Source: Isoptericola halotolerans (GTDB lineage: Bacteria; Actinomycetota; Actinomycetes; Actinomycetales; Cellulomonadaceae). From it: a stretch of 64,000 nt of DNA. Position 1 is the stretch's first letter. Each line of letters opens with the position of its first letter. Positions 51,313-62,391 of the stretch are shown in pieces. Where the stretch lies: assembly GCF_013149785.1 (NCBI RefSeq), contig NZ_JABEZU010000001.1:806001-870000 (forward strand). The letters are read 5' to 3'. The notes under the pieces are model-generated. The model saw only the letters and a program-made list of their open reading frames with translations. It ran no database searches and was not told the DNA's origin. Both the position numbers and the translations under genes were made by a program.

Positions 51313-52065
51313 GTGGGTGCCATGCTCCCCGTCGTCCTGGTCCACGGCTCCCGGACGTCACGGACGATGTGGCGGCGCCAGCTCGAGGTGCTGCAGGCCG
51401 CCGGGATCCCGGCGATCGCTCCCGACCTGCCCGGGCACGGAGCGCGGCGTGACGAGAGGTTCGGCCTCGACACCGCCGTCGGGGCGGTGCACGACGCCGT
51501 CGCGGACGTCGGTGGTCGGGCACTGGTCGTCGGGCTCTCACTGGGCGGGTATGTCGCGATCGAGCATCGAGCGCGGTTCCCTGGGCAGTGTGCGGGCCTG
51601 GTCGCCGCCTCGTGCTGCACGAGCCCGACCACGCCGCTGCGGGCGGGCTGGTTGACGATCGCGCGCTGGATCGAGCGGTGGCCCGACTCCGGGGCGCGGC
51701 TCAACGAGACCCTGGTTCGGGGGCTGCTGGACGCCGAGGCCGGCCGCGACCTGGCGGCCGGAGGCTTCGCGCTCGAGGTCATGGTCGACGTCCTGCAGGA
51801 GGTCGAGCGCGTCGACGTGCGCCGTTCGCTCGCAGTGACGGACAGCCCGGTCCGGCTCGTCAACGGTCAGTGGGACCACTTCCGGGGTCAGGAGCGGTCG
51901 ATGGTCGCCGCGGCGCGTGCGGGTGGGGCGGACGCGCGTCTCGTCGTCGTCCCGCGCGCGCGACACCTCGTCAGCCTGGACCGTCCGGTCGCCTTCAGCC
52001 GTGCCGTGCTGGAGGCCCATGCCGCGGTGGCGCCCCACGACACCCGTCCGGCGGCCGGTGCGTAG
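51313..52065 (+). CDS. Alpha/beta-fold hydrolase
   Basis: VLVHG, DLPGHG, GLSLGG nucleophile elbow, NGQWD, ARH. Confidence 0.85.
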   Translation: MGAMLPVVLVHGSRTSRTMWRRQLEVLQAAGIPAIAPDLPGHGARRDERFGLDTAVGAVHDAVADVGGRALVVGLSLGGYVAIEHRARFPGQCAGLVAASCCTSPTTPLRAGWLTIARWIERWPDSGARLNETLVRGLLDAEAGRDLAAGGFALEVMVDVLQEVERVDVRRSLAVTDSPVRLVNGQWDHFRGQERSMVAAARAGGADARLVVVPRARHLVSLDRPVAFSRAVLEAHAAVAPHDTRPAAGA

Positions 52066-52069
52066 CGCC

Positions 52070-52831
52070 TCAGCCGGCGAACAGGTCCCATGCGCGTGCT
52101 CCGCCGACCAGCGCCGCCGCGTTCGGGACGACGACGACGTCGTCACCCAGCCGTGCGAGCGCCGACGGCGTGATGCGGCGTGCGTTGCCCCCACCCAGGT
52201 AGAGCCGGTCCCACCAGAAGACGGGACGCAGCCCCTCGACGACGGACACGACCCGCCGGGACCACAGGCCGTCGCCGAGGCGGCGTCGTTCAGGCTCCCC
52301 GACGTAGGCGTCGTAGGTGGTGCCGCGACGGACCGGTGCCCGGGACCACTCCAGGTGCGGGGCGAGCCGGCCGCCGTCGAACAACGCCGATCCCAGGCCG
52401 GTACCGAGGGTGAGGACGAGCTCGACACCGGACGACGCGACGACGCCGGCGCCATGGATCTCCGCGTCGTTGAGCACGAGCGCGGGCACGCCGAGTCGAT
52501 CGACCAGCGCGGCCCGGACGTCGAAGCTGCGCCAGGCCGTCACGAGCTCGGGCACGACCCGGGTGCGCGGCCCCGCGCGGGTCACGTAGTGGGGCGTGTG
52601 CACCACGACGCCGTGACGCACCATCCCCGGCATGCCGAGCGTCACCCTGTCGGCGGGCGGTAGCCCGGCCGCGATGTCGGCGACGGTGTCCACGAGCAGG
52701 GTGGGCGGGAGCGGGTACGGCGTCGGGACACGGACCGGCGGCGAGTGGGCGGTACCTGCCGCGTCGAGGACGTTCGCCTTGATGCCGCCACCGCCGCAGT
52801 CCACCGCCAGGGTCATGAGATCGGCCACCAC
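52070..52831 (-). CDS. ROK-family sugar kinase (polyphosphate glucokinase-like)
   Basis: VDCGGGGIK, LNDA, TLGTGLGSA, YLGGGN. Confidence 0.8.
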   Translation of the reverse strand: MVADLMTLAVDCGGGGIKANVLDAAGTAHSPPVRVPTPYPLPPTLLVDTVADIAAGLPPADRVTLGMPGMVRHGVVVHTPHYVTRAGPRTRVVPELVTAWRSFDVRAALVDRLGVPALVLNDAEIHGAGVVASSGVELVLTLGTGLGSALFDGGRLAPHLEWSRAPVRRGTTYDAYVGEPERRRLGDGLWSRRVVSVVEGLRPVFWWDRLYLGGGNARRITPSALARLGDDVVVVPNAAALVGGARAWDLFAG

Positions 52832-52856
52832 TCCATCATCCGGTCAGAATGGTGCC

Positions 52857-53771
52857 GTGAGCACCACGACACCCTCGGACCCCTCGGGCAGGGTTCCCGG
52901 CAGCCTGCGGGTCCGCCTCGACCTGGCCTACGCCGGGACACACTTCGCCGGGTGGGCCGCCCAGCCCGGCCTGCGGACCGTCCAGGGCGTCCTGGAGGAG
53001 GCTCTGACGACGATCGTGCGGGCCGAGCCGCTCGGCCTCGCCAGACCCCGGCTGACCGTGGCCGGCCGGACGGACGCCGGCGTGCACGCCCGGGGGCAGG
53101 TGGCGCACGTCGACCTCCCGGTCGAACGGTGGGAGGCGATGCCCGGTCGGTCGGGCCGGACCCCGGGCCGGGCACTGGTCGACCGGCTGTCCGGGCTGCT
53201 GCCGCCCGACGTCGTCGTCCATCGTGCGAGCCGTGCGCCGGCGGGGTTCGACGCGCGCTTCTCCGCGACGGCTCGGACGTACCGGTACCGGATCGCCGAC
53301 CAGCACGAGCTGCGCGATCCCTTGCGGCGGGAGGGAGTGCTGTGGCACCGCCGCGAGCTCGACGTGGCGGCCATGCAGGCTGCCGCGCAACCGCTGCTCG
53401 GGCTGCACGACTTCGCGGCCTACTGCAAGCCTCGCGAGGGGGCCACGACGATCCGCGAGCTGACCAGGTTCGACTGGTCGAGGCCGGACGCCGGAGCTGA
53501 CGCGGGGCTGGTGGTCGCGGTGGTCGAGGCGGACGCGTTCTGCCACTCCATGGTGCGGGCGCTGGTCGGCACGTCGCTCGCGGTGGGGGAGGGGCGGCGC
53601 GACCGGGAGGACCAGGCGCTCGTCCTGGCCGGGAGGGACCGCGCGGCCGCGGCCGCGGTCGCGCCGGCGCAGGGGCTCACGCTCGAGCGGGTGGACTATC
53701 CGCCGGACGAGGAGCTGGGGGAGCGAGCGGCGCGCATCCGGGCGCGACGCTCGCCCGACGAGCTGAGGTAG
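52857..53771 (+). CDS. truA: tRNA pseudouridine(38-40) synthase
   Basis: AYAGTHFAGW, AGRTDAGVHARGQ, FDARFSA, FCHSMVR. Confidence 0.96.
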   Translation: MSTTTPSDPSGRVPGSLRVRLDLAYAGTHFAGWAAQPGLRTVQGVLEEALTTIVRAEPLGLARPRLTVAGRTDAGVHARGQVAHVDLPVERWEAMPGRSGRTPGRALVDRLSGLLPPDVVVHRASRAPAGFDARFSATARTYRYRIADQHELRDPLRREGVLWHRRELDVAAMQAAAQPLLGLHDFAAYCKPREGATTIRELTRFDWSRPDAGADAGLVVAVVEADAFCHSMVRALVGTSLAVGEGRRDREDQALVLAGRDRAAAAAVAPAQGLTLERVDYPPDEELGERAARIRARRSPDELR

Positions 53772-53792
53772 CTCACGGCGACGGTGAGCGTC

Positions 53793-53965
53793 TCGCCGCG
53801 AGCCTGCGCTGTGCTGCGGGCGCCGGCCTCGTCCCTCGGCCGCCACCCTGCGCGACGCTCCGGCTCACGGCTCGGTGCCGGTGGTCGCCGCGAGCCTGCG
53901 CTGTGCTGCGGGCGCCGGCCTCGTCCCTCGGCCGCCACCCTGCGCGACGCTCCGGCTCACGGCTC
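53793..53965. repeat. Tandem direct repeat, two 81-bp copies (53793-53873, 53885-53965)
   Basis: Identical copies by eye, 11-bp spacer; second copy contains the stop codon of the convergent gene. Confidence 0.9.
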
Positions 53966-54370
53966 CTGGACCCAGTGGACGGCGGCCTCTTCCGCCGTGG
54001 CACCTGCGCCGTCGATCCCCGCGTCGGCCCCGTACACGTCGTTGTCCCGTGCCCCGTCCGCACCCGGGTCGGCGTCGCCGTCGGCGACGAGACGTCCGGC
54101 CCGCGAGGTGTCGGCCCGGCTCAGCGGGTCGCGGTCCCACGACTCCGGCTCCTCCTGCGCGAGACGCTGGTCGAGGGGCTCCCCGTGGGACTCCTCCCAC
54201 TGCGTCTCGCCCCAGTGGTTCTGCCGTGGGCGGTCCGGTGGTGAGTAGCCCTCGTCGAGGAAGTCGCGTGTCCCGCGGTCCAGCAGCGTGTCCTCGGTGG
54301 GCAGCTGGTTGCCGTCGCCCTCGGTCCCGAGCTCCGGGTCCGGGCGTGTCCCTGGCGTGTCTTCCGTCAT
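53957..54370 (-). CDS. Acidic hypothetical protein, DUF5709-like
   Basis: LDEGYSPPDRP, LDQRLAQEEP, RAGRLVA, AEEAAVH. Confidence 0.75.
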   Translation of the reverse strand: MTEDTPGTRPDPELGTEGDGNQLPTEDTLLDRGTRDFLDEGYSPPDRPRQNHWGETQWEESHGEPLDQRLAQEEPESWDRDPLSRADTSRAGRLVADGDADPGADGARDNDVYGADAGIDGAGATAEEAAVHWVQEP

Positions 54371-54454
54371 AGACTCCACGGTGCACCGCGAGCGCCGGGC
54401 GCGCAGCCCGGGACGGGACGTGAGCATCGCGACGTCGCGGTGACGCACGTCGCT

Positions 54455-54484
54455 TTGACCGCCGCGACGGCGTACCGCTAGACT
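54455..54484 (+). promoter_or_regulatory. Putative sigmaA promoter of rplM-rpsI
   Basis: TTGACC-18-TAGACT. Confidence 0.65.
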
Positions 54485-54644
54485 GACCAGTCGTTGTGCT
54501 ATGCCCCGGCGTCCCGCACTGTCCACGTTCCCACCGTCGGACAGTGCAAGGCCAGGACGCCGACCGGGGCCCCGCGTACAACATCTGACTCATCGGGCGC
54601 CGCTTCTCGCCCGACGACACCGACCACGAAAAAGGTTACGAACC

Positions 54645-55094
54645 GTGCGTACGTACACCCCGAAGCCCGGCGACATCCAGCGCGACTGGCACGTCGTCGA
54701 CGCGACCGACGTCGTCCTGGGCCGCCTGGCCAGCCAGGTCGCCACCCTCCTGCGCGGGAAGCACAAGCCGACCTTCGCGCCGCACGTCGACGGTGGTGAC
54801 TTCGTCATCGTCATCAACGCGGACAAGGTCGCCCTCTCCGGCAACAAGCGCGAGGACAAGCTCGCCTACCGCCACTCCGGCTACCCGGGCGGCCTCCGTT
54901 CCGTCAAGTACGGCGACCTCCTCGAGAACAAGCCCGAGGAAGCCGTGGAGAAGGCCGTGCGCGGCATGCTCCCCAAGAACACGCTCGGGCGCGAGCAGAT
55001 CAAGAAGCTCAAGGTCTACCGCGGTGCGGAGCACCCGCACGCGGCCCAGACGCCCCAGCCGTTCGAGATCACCCAGCTTTCGCAGCAGGCCTGA
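54645..55094 (+). CDS. rplM: 50S ribosomal protein L13
   Basis: [27 protein letters not shown]. Confidence 0.99.
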   Translation: MRTYTPKPGDIQRDWHVVDATDVVLGRLASQVATLLRGKHKPTFAPHVDGGDFVIVINADKVALSGNKREDKLAYRHSGYPGGLRSVKYGDLLENKPEEAVEKAVRGMLPKNTLGREQIKKLKVYRGAEHPHAAQTPQPFEITQLSQQA

Positions 55095-55126
55095 GCCGCT
55101 GCCCGATGCCGAGCGAAGGAAACACC

Positions 55127-55615
55127 GTGGCTGACACCACCGTCGACACCGAGCTGGACGAGAACACGCCCAGCAGCTACACCACCGAGACCGCGGCCCC
55201 CGTGGCCAACGGCGGTCAGTCCATCACTGCCCCGGGCCAGGCCCTGGGTCGCCGCAAGGAGGCCGTGGCGCGCGTGCGCCTCGTCCCCGGCACCGGCCAG
55301 TGGAAGATCAACGGTCGCACCCTCGAGGACTACTTCCCGAACAAGGTGCACCAGCAGCTGGTCAACGACCCGCTGAAGCTCGTCGAGGTCGAGGGGCGTT
55401 TCGACGTCATCGCCCGCATCACCGGCGGGGGCCCCTCGGGCCAGGCCGGTGCGCTGCGACTGGGCATCTCGCGTGCCCTCAACGCGATCGACCAGGACGC
55501 GAACCGCGCCGCCCTGAAGAAGGCCGGCTTCCTCACCCGCGACCCGCGTGCGGTGGAGAGCAAGAAGGCCGGTCTCAAGAAGGCCCGCAAGGCTCCGCAG
55601 TACTCGAAGCGCTGA
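55127..55615 (+). CDS. rpsI: 30S ribosomal protein S9
   Basis: [31 protein letters not shown]. Confidence 0.99.
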   Translation: MADTTVDTELDENTPSSYTTETAAPVANGGQSITAPGQALGRRKEAVARVRLVPGTGQWKINGRTLEDYFPNKVHQQLVNDPLKLVEVEGRFDVIARITGGGPSGQAGALRLGISRALNAIDQDANRAALKKAGFLTRDPRAVESKKAGLKKARKAPQYSKR

Positions 55616-55631
55616 CCTGTCGCTTCCGCGC

Positions 55632-55662
55632 ACGGCCCCGTCGGTCTCTCCGGCGGGGCCGT
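55632..55662 (+). terminator. Hairpin after rpsI
   Basis: acggccccgtcgg / ccggcggggccgt. Confidence 0.6.
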
Positions 55663-55723
55663 CCGCATGTCCGGACGCACTACGATCGTCCGAGCGCCCA
55701 CCCCTCCGAGAGGATCAGAACCG

Positions 55724-57085
55724 ATGGCACGACTCTTCGGCACCGATGGTGTCCGTGGCCTGGCCAACCGTGACGTGACGGTCGAGCTCGCGCTCGACCT
55801 CGGCAGCGCCGCCGCGCACGTGCTGGGTTCGCGCACCGTGCCAGGGCACCGGCCCAAGGCGGTCGTCGGACGGGACCCCCGTGCGTCGGGCGAGTTCCTG
55901 TCGGCTGCGGTCTCGGCAGGTCTGGCGGCTTCCGGCGTCGACGTCGTGGACCTCGGTGTCGTCCCCACGCCGGCGCTGGCCTACCTCGTGAGCGCGATGC
56001 ACGCCGACCTCGGGGTCATGGTGTCCGCCTCGCACAACGCCATGCCGGACAACGGCATCAAGTTCTTCGCCCGGGGCGGCCTGAAGCTCGACGACAGCGT
56101 CGAGGACGAGATCGAGGCCGCGCTCGGCAACGGCTGGGAGCGCCCGATCGGTGCCGAGGTCGGGCGCATGCGCGTCGACACGGGCATCGCGGCCGAGCAG
56201 TACGTCGAGCACCTGACCGCGAGCATCGGCACGACGCCGGACCACCGGCCGCTGGAGGGCCTGCGCATCGCGGTGGACGCCGCCAACGGGGCGGCGAGCC
56301 AGGTCGGGCCGGACGCCCTGCGCGCGGCGGGTGCCGACGTCGTCGTCATCAACGCCAGCCCCGACGGGCGCAACATCAACGAGAAGGCCGGGTCCACGCA
56401 CCCCGAGCAGCTCCAGGCCGTCGTGGTGGCGGCGGAGGCGGACTTCGGTGTGGCGTTCGACGGGGACGCCGACCGCTGCCTGGCCGTGGACCACGGGGGC
56501 GTCCTCGTGGACGGCGACCAGATCCTCGGGATCCTCGCCAAGTCCATGAAGGACGACGAGCGGCTCCCGGGGGACACGCTCGTCGTGACCGTGATGAGCA
56601 ACCTCGGCCTGCTGCTCGCCATGAAGGACGCAGGGATCAGCACCGTCCAGACGGGCGTCGGTGACCGGTACGTGCTGGAGGAGATGCGGGCGCACGGCTA
56701 CGGCCTCGGCGGCGAGCAGTCCGGTCACATCATCCTCGCCGAGCACGCCACGACGGGCGACGGCGTCCTCACCGCGCTCCACCTCGCCGCCCGCATCCAG
56801 GCGACCGGCCAGCGGCTCGCCGACCTCGCGACCGAGATCCCCCGGCTGCCGCAGACGCTCGTCAACGTCAAGGGCGTCGACAAGGCGCGCGCCTCCACCG
56901 ACGAGGACCTCCTGGCCGCCGTCGCGAGCGCCGAGTCGCTGCTGGGTGAGACCGGCCGCGTGCTGCTGCGCCCGTCGGGCACCGAGCCGGTCGTGCGGGT
57001 CATGGTCGAGGCCGCGACCCAGACGCAGGCGGAGGGCGTCGCGGAGACGCTCGCCGCCGTCGTGCGCGAGCGCCTCGGTCTGTGA
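55724..57085 (+). CDS. glmM: Phosphoglucosamine mutase
   Basis: [13 protein letters not shown] phosphoserine, DGDADR, GEQSGH, RPSGTEP. Confidence 0.97.
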   Translation: MARLFGTDGVRGLANRDVTVELALDLGSAAAHVLGSRTVPGHRPKAVVGRDPRASGEFLSAAVSAGLAASGVDVVDLGVVPTPALAYLVSAMHADLGVMVSASHNAMPDNGIKFFARGGLKLDDSVEDEIEAALGNGWERPIGAEVGRMRVDTGIAAEQYVEHLTASIGTTPDHRPLEGLRIAVDAANGAASQVGPDALRAAGADVVVINASPDGRNINEKAGSTHPEQLQAVVVAAEADFGVAFDGDADRCLAVDHGGVLVDGDQILGILAKSMKDDERLPGDTLVVTVMSNLGLLLAMKDAGISTVQTGVGDRYVLEEMRAHGYGLGGEQSGHIILAEHATTGDGVLTALHLAARIQATGQRLADLATEIPRLPQTLVNVKGVDKARASTDEDLLAAVASAESLLGETGRVLLRPSGTEPVVRVMVEAATQTQAEGVAETLAAVVRERLGL

Positions 57086-57774
57086 ACCACTGGGGCGGTG
57101 ACCCGGTGCCGGCGCTGGTGGAGGCGGTGGGCGACCTGCTCGACGTCGCGTACGCCCACCCCGAGACACCGGGGGTCCTGCCGATCGTGCAGGCCGGGGA
57201 CCCGGTCCTGCGCAGGCCCGCCACGGCCTACGACGGCCAGCTCGGCGACCTGCTCCCGCGGCTGCTGGACGCCATGCGTCGCACGATGCACGCCGCACCC
57301 GGGGTCGGGCTCGCCGCCCCGCAGATCGGCATCGGGCTGGCCCTGGCCGTCTGCGAGGACGCCGGCATGCCCGGGGACGAGCGGGACCGAGAGCCGTTGC
57401 CGTACCGCGTGCTGGTCAACCCTGGCTACGCACCTGTCGACGACGACGGCGCGCCGGTACCGCCGTCCAGCACCGCGGGGTCGGTCGCCTTCTACGAGGG
57501 CTGCCTGTCCGTGGACGGGTGGCAGGCCGTCGTCGCGCGACCGCGCCGTGTCCGGCTGTGGTGCCAGGACGAGACCGGCGCACCGGTCGACGAGGTCCTG
57601 CGCGGGTGGCCGGCACGCATCGTGCAGCACGAGACCGACCACCTCCACGGTGAGCTGTACCTCGACCACGCCGAGCTCCGCTCGCTCACCTCCCACGCGA
57701 ACCTCGCGCGCCACTGGTCCGCGTCCCCCGACCCGGCCCCCGCCGCCGAGGCGCTCGGATTCACCCTGCCGTGA
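57082..57774 (+). CDS. def: Peptide deformylase
   Basis: [20 protein letters not shown]. Confidence 0.92.
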   Translation: MNHWGGDPVPALVEAVGDLLDVAYAHPETPGVLPIVQAGDPVLRRPATAYDGQLGDLLPRLLDAMRRTMHAAPGVGLAAPQIGIGLALAVCEDAGMPGDERDREPLPYRVLVNPGYAPVDDDGAPVPPSSTAGSVAFYEGCLSVDGWQAVVARPRRVRLWCQDETGAPVDEVLRGWPARIVQHETDHLHGELYLDHAELRSLTSHANLARHWSASPDPAPAAEALGFTLP

Positions 57775-57965
57775 GCGCCCCCGACGCCACCTGCGGGCGG
57801 CGCTGGACAGATGCTGTGAAGCCGGCGTGAACGTTCGTCGCTCAGGGCCGGACCGGGGGGATCCCTGATGTTCGCACCGCCGCGGCGCCTCTACGCTGGT
57901 ACCCGCGGCACCGGATGGTGCCGTCGCCGCCGCCGGACCGTACCGGCTGACGAACGAGGGACCGC

Positions 57966-58673
57966 GTGCCGGGAATCACCGCGATGCTGAGCCAGGTGGA
58001 GGCCTGGATCCTCGAGATCGCCGCATCCGTGTGGATCTACCCCGCGATGTTCGCCTCGGCGTTCATCGACGGGTTCTTCCCCCCGGTCCCCAGCGAGTCC
58101 GTGCTCGTCACCCTCGTCATCTCGGCCCAGGCCACCGGCGTGCCGTGGCTGTGGTTGATCATCCCGATCGCCGCGGTCGGGGCCTGGCTGGGGGACCAGA
58201 CCGCCTACTTCCTGGGACGCCGCTACGGCACCGAGCGCCTCCTGGCGATGCGGAGCAGACGCGGACGCAAGACCGTCTCGTGGGCACGACGCGCGCTGGC
58301 TCGTCGCGGCGCCGTCTTCATCATCGCGGCGCGGTACGTCCCTGTCGGCCGGGTGGCGGTCAACATGACGGCCGGCGCCCTCGGCTACCCGCAGCGACGC
58401 TTCATGGCGTTCTCCGGTGTCGCCGCCGTGCTCTGGGCCGGGTACTCGACGCTCATCGGGATCGCGGCCGCCGAGGTGCTCGGGCACGACCCGCTGCTCG
58501 CGATGGTCGTCGGCGTGGTCGGCGGTGGTGTCCTCGGCCTCCTCGTGGACCGCGTCGTCCAGGTCTTCACCCCCCGCGAGGAGGTCCTGGAGGAGATGCG
58601 CCACCAGGTCCCCGTCGGGGTGGCGGCCGCGGACCGGCCTGCCGACGACGGCGAGCCCTCAGAGCTTGCGTAG
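57966..58673 (+). CDS. DedA/VTT-family membrane protein
   Basis: [24 protein letters not shown]. Confidence 0.9.
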   Translation: MPGITAMLSQVEAWILEIAASVWIYPAMFASAFIDGFFPPVPSESVLVTLVISAQATGVPWLWLIIPIAAVGAWLGDQTAYFLGRRYGTERLLAMRSRRGRKTVSWARRALARRGAVFIIAARYVPVGRVAVNMTAGALGYPQRRFMAFSGVAAVLWAGYSTLIGIAAAEVLGHDPLLAMVVGVVGGGVLGLLVDRVVQVFTPREEVLEEMRHQVPVGVAAADRPADDGEPSELA

Positions 58674-59678
58674 GCGGACCCGCTGGACCGAGTGGTCCGA
58701 GCCCTTCGTCAGCACGAGGGTGGCGCGTCCCCGGGTGGGCAGCACGTTCTGCTCGAGGTTGGGGGCGTTGATCGACTCCCAGATGCTCAGCGCCCGCTGC
58801 GTCGCCTCCGCGTCGGACAGGTCGGCGTAGCGGCGGAAGTACGACTCCGGCCGGCTGAAGGCGGTGCGGCGCAGCTTGAGGAACCGGTCGACGTACCACT
58901 GGCGGATGTTGCGCGTGCGGGCGTCGACGTAGATCGAGAAGTCGAAGAAGTCGCTCACGGCCACCGTCGGGTCGGTGGCCGAGGTGGGACGAGCGGGCTG
59001 CAGCACGTTGAGCCCCTCGACGATGAGGACGTCCGGGCGGTGCACCACCGCCTCCTGGTCCGGCACGATGTCGTAGACCACGTGCGAGTACACCGGGGCG
59101 TAGACCTCCGGGTGACCGGCCTTGACCCGGGACAGGAAGCGCACGAGCGCCCTGCGGTCGTACGACTCCGGGAAGCCCTTGCGGTCCAGCAGGCCCCGTC
59201 GTTCCAGCTCGGCGTTCGGGTAGAGGAAACCGTCGGTCGTGATCAGCTCGACGTGCGGGGTCTCGGGCCAACGCGCCATCATCTCCCGCAGCACGCGCGC
59301 CGTGGTCGACTTGCCGACCGCCACGGACCCGGCGACACCGATCACGTACGGCGTGCGGGGCGGCTCCTCGCCGAGGAACGTCGACGTCGCCTGGTGCAGC
59401 CCGGCCGTCGCCGTGACGTACAGGTTGAGCAGCCGCGACAGCGGTCGGTAGATCGCGTCGACCTCGGCCAGGTCGATCGGGTCGCCGAGGCCCCGCAGCC
59501 GCGCGACGTCGTCGTCGGTGAGCGGCAGGGGCGTCTGCTCGGACAGTCCGCTCCACGCCGGCCGGTCGAAGTCGACGTAGGGCGAGGCCGGCGCGAGCCG
59601 GGGCAGGTGCTCCGACAACGGAGGGAGCGACGGTGGCTCGCCGTTCGCAGGAACGGGTGCCGTGGGCGAGGAGGTCAC
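58659..59678 (-). CDS. coaA: Type I pantothenate kinase
   Basis: [31 protein letters not shown]. Confidence 0.96.
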   Translation of the reverse strand: MTSSPTAPVPANGEPPSLPPLSEHLPRLAPASPYVDFDRPAWSGLSEQTPLPLTDDDVARLRGLGDPIDLAEVDAIYRPLSRLLNLYVTATAGLHQATSTFLGEEPPRTPYVIGVAGSVAVGKSTTARVLREMMARWPETPHVELITTDGFLYPNAELERRGLLDRKGFPESYDRRALVRFLSRVKAGHPEVYAPVYSHVVYDIVPDQEAVVHRPDVLIVEGLNVLQPARPTSATDPTVAVSDFFDFSIYVDARTRNIRQWYVDRFLKLRRTAFSRPESYFRRYADLSDAEATQRALSIWESINAPNLEQNVLPTRGRATLVLTKGSDHSVQRVRLRKL

Positions 59679-59791
59679 CGGTCGATTCTGCCCGAGGTCC
59701 CCACCGGCGACGCAAACCACCGATCGACGACCTCCGTGGCGGCGTCGTCCAGCGCAGGTCCGGTGCACCCGGCGTGGGTAGACTCCCGCGC

Positions 59792-61696
59792 ATGTGTGGC
59801 ATCGTCGGATATGCGGGCCCGGGGACCGGGCGCCGCACGGAGCAGGACGTCGATCTCGGCCCGGGGCCGTCGCAGCGGCCGCTCGAGGTGGTGATCGAAG
59901 GGCTGCGACGGCTCGAGTACCGCGGCTACGACTCCGCGGGCGTCGCGCTCGTCGGGCCGGACACCGAGGATGTCGCCTTCGCCAAGAAGGCGGGCAAGCT
60001 CGTGAACCTGCGGACCGAGCTCGCCGACCGTTCGCTGCCCGCCGCGACGGCCGCCGTCGGGCACACGCGGTGGGCCACCCACGGCGGGCCCACCGACGGC
60101 AACGCGCACCCGCACCTGGCCGACGCCGGCCGCCTCGCCGTCATCCACAACGGCATCATCGAGAACTACAGCGAGCTGCGCCGCACGCTCGCTGCCGAGG
60201 GTGCGACGTTCCGCTCGGAGACGGACACCGAGGTCGCCGCCCACCTGCTGGCCCGTGAGTACCGTGCGGCCGGCGACCTCACGGCGGCGATGGTCGCCAC
60301 CGCCGGTCACCTGCGCGGCACGTTCACCCTGCTGGCCGTGCACGCCGACGCGCCCGACACCGTGGTCGGCGCGCGGCACGACTCGCCGCTCGTGGTCGGG
60401 CTGGGCGAGGGGGAGAACTTCCTCGGGTCCGACGTCGCGGCGTTCGTCGCGCAGACGAAGGAGGCCATGGAGCTCGGGCAGGACCAGGTCGTCACCATCA
60501 CGCCGACGTCGGTGTCGGTGGTCGACTTCGAGGGCCGACCCGCCGAGGGCAAGCGGTTCACCGTCGACTGGGACGCCGCCGCGGCCGAGAAGGGTGGCTT
60601 CGAGTCCTTCATGGACAAGGAGATCCACGACCAGCCGCAGGCGGTGGCCGACACGCTGCGGGGTCGGACCGACGCGGACGGGCGCATCGTCCTGGACGAC
60701 CTGCGCATCGACGAGGCGGTGCTGCGCTCCGTCGACAAGATCATCGTCATCGCCTGCGGGACCGCCGCCTACGCCGGGCACGTGGCCAAGTACGCCATCG
60801 AGCACTGGTGCCGCATCCCGGTGGAGGTGGAGCTCGCGCACGAGTTCCGCTACCGGGACCCGATCGTGGACGCCCAGACGCTCGTCGTGGCGATCTCCCA
60901 GTCCGGCGAGACCATGGACACCCTCATGGCCGTCCGGCACGCCCGCGAGCAGGGCGCCAAGGTCCTCGCCGTCGTCAACACCAACGGCTCGACGATCCCG
61001 CGCGAGTCGGACGCCGTGCTCTACACCCACGCCGGTCCCGAGATCGCGGTGGCCTCGACCAAGGCGTTCCTGGCGCAGATCACCGCGGCCTACGTGCTCG
61101 GCCTGTACCTGGCCCAGCTGCGGGGCAACAAGTTCCCCGACGAGATCGCGACGACACTCGACGAGCTGCGGGACATGGCGCGCAAGGTGCAGACCGTCAT
61201 CGAGCGTGGGGAGTACGTCCGCGCCACCGCACGGTCCATGAAGGACGCCGACAAGGTGCTCTTCCTCGGCCGGCACGTCGGGTACCCCGTGGCGATGGAG
61301 GGCGCGCTCAAGCTCAAGGAGCTCGCGTACATCCACGCCGAGGGGTTTGCCGCCGGTGAGCTCAAGCACGGGCCGATCGCCCTGATCGACGACGGGCAGC
61401 CGGTGTTCGTCGTCGTCCCGTCGCCGCGGGGGCGCGACCAGCTCCACTCCAAGGTGGTCTCCAACATCCAGGAGATCCGGGCGCGGGGGGCACGCACGCT
61501 GGTCATCGCGGAGGACGGCGACGACGACGTCCGGCCCTACGCCGACGAGATCTTCTGGATCCCGAAGGCTCCGACGCTGCTGCAGCCGCTGCTCGCCGTC
61601 GTCCCGCTGCAGATCTTCGCGATGGCGCTCGCCACGGCCAAGGGCCTGGATGTCGACCAGCCCCGCAACCTCGCCAAGTCCGTCACCGTCGAGTAG
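59792..61696 (+). CDS. glmS: Glutamine-fructose-6-phosphate aminotransferase
   Basis: MCGIVG Ntn start, [29 protein letters not shown]. Confidence 0.98.
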   Translation: MCGIVGYAGPGTGRRTEQDVDLGPGPSQRPLEVVIEGLRRLEYRGYDSAGVALVGPDTEDVAFAKKAGKLVNLRTELADRSLPAATAAVGHTRWATHGGPTDGNAHPHLADAGRLAVIHNGIIENYSELRRTLAAEGATFRSETDTEVAAHLLAREYRAAGDLTAAMVATAGHLRGTFTLLAVHADAPDTVVGARHDSPLVVGLGEGENFLGSDVAAFVAQTKEAMELGQDQVVTITPTSVSVVDFEGRPAEGKRFTVDWDAAAAEKGGFESFMDKEIHDQPQAVADTLRGRTDADGRIVLDDLRIDEAVLRSVDKIIVIACGTAAYAGHVAKYAIEHWCRIPVEVELAHEFRYRDPIVDAQTLVVAISQSGETMDTLMAVRHAREQGAKVLAVVNTNGSTIPRESDAVLYTHAGPEIAVASTKAFLAQITAAYVLGLYLAQLRGNKFPDEIATTLDELRDMARKVQTVIERGEYVRATARSMKDADKVLFLGRHVGYPVAMEGALKLKELAYIHAEGFAAGELKHGPIALIDDGQPVFVVVPSPRGRDQLHSKVVSNIQEIRARGARTLVIAEDGDDDVRPYADEIFWIPKAPTLLQPLLAVVPLQIFAMALATAKGLDVDQPRNLAKSVTVE

Positions 61697-61710
61697 CCCT
61701 CCCGTGGTGC

Positions 61711-61788
61711 CGAGCATTCGATGGCGGCCCGTCCGGTCGATCGGACGGGCCGCCATCGCATGCTCGACCGTCCTCAGGGCATGATCGG
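61711..61788. repeat. Palindromic REP-like element, copy 1
   Basis: 25-bp arms (61711-61735 / 61742-61766, one mismatch) plus extra half-repeat 21 bp downstream. Confidence 0.85.
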
Positions 61789-61792
61789 CACC

Positions 61793-61924
61793 ATGAGCGA
61801 GTCGAAGAACGGTGCGCAGGCAGCCCCGGCGACGTTGGCCGGACTGGCCGACGAGCTCGAGCGCAAGTGGTTCCGCTGGCGGCACCTCGCCGAACCGCAG
61901 GACGAGGCCGGGGTGCGCCGATGA
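61793..61924 (+). CDS. Putative 43-aa small protein coupled to acpS
   Basis: [43 protein letters not shown]; stop overlaps acpS start (ATGA); GC-rich third positions. Confidence 0.4.
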   Translation: MSESKNGAQAAPATLAGLADELERKWFRWRHLAEPQDEAGVRR

Positions 61925-62271
61925 TCATCGGGGTGGGGATCGACGTCGTCGACGTCGAGCGGTTCATGGCCACGCTGGAGCGCACGCCGCGGCTGCGCGA
62001 GAAGCTCTTCACCGTCGAGGAGCGTGACCTGCCCGCCTCGTCGCTCGCCGCGCGGTTCGCTGCGAAGGAGGCCATCGCCAAGGCTCTCGGTGCTCCGGGG
62101 ACCATGCACTGGCACGATGCGACCGTGCATCGGGTGGTCGGCGGTCCGCCTGAGGTGGAGCTGCGGGGCACGGTGCAGGCACGGGCCGACGAGCTGGGTG
62201 TGCGGCACTGGCACCTGTCGATCTCCCACGACGCGGGGATCTCCTCGGCCATGGTGATCGCCGAGGGCTGA
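61921..62271 (+). CDS. acpS: Holo-ACP synthase
   Basis: [22 protein letters not shown]. Confidence 0.96.
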   Translation: MIIGVGIDVVDVERFMATLERTPRLREKLFTVEERDLPASSLAARFAAKEAIAKALGAPGTMHWHDATVHRVVGGPPEVELRGTVQARADELGVRHWHLSISHDAGISSAMVIAEG

Positions 62272-62280
62272 CCCCCTTGG

Positions 62281-62363
62281 CGCCGAGCATGCGGTGACGG
62301 CCCGTCCGCGGTGGCAGACGGGCCGTCACCGCATGCTCGACGGTTGCCGGGGCATGCTCGGCG
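62281..62363. repeat. Palindromic REP-like element, copy 2
   Basis: Perfect 23-bp arms (62284-62306 / 62317-62339) plus half-repeat 21 bp downstream. Confidence 0.85.
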
Positions 62364-62391
62364 GAGGAGCAGGGTCCACGGGCGGCGGCGG

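Noticed and set aside
53793..53965. Possible CRISPR array
   Set aside because: Only two 81-bp units with an 11-bp spacer and no cas genes.
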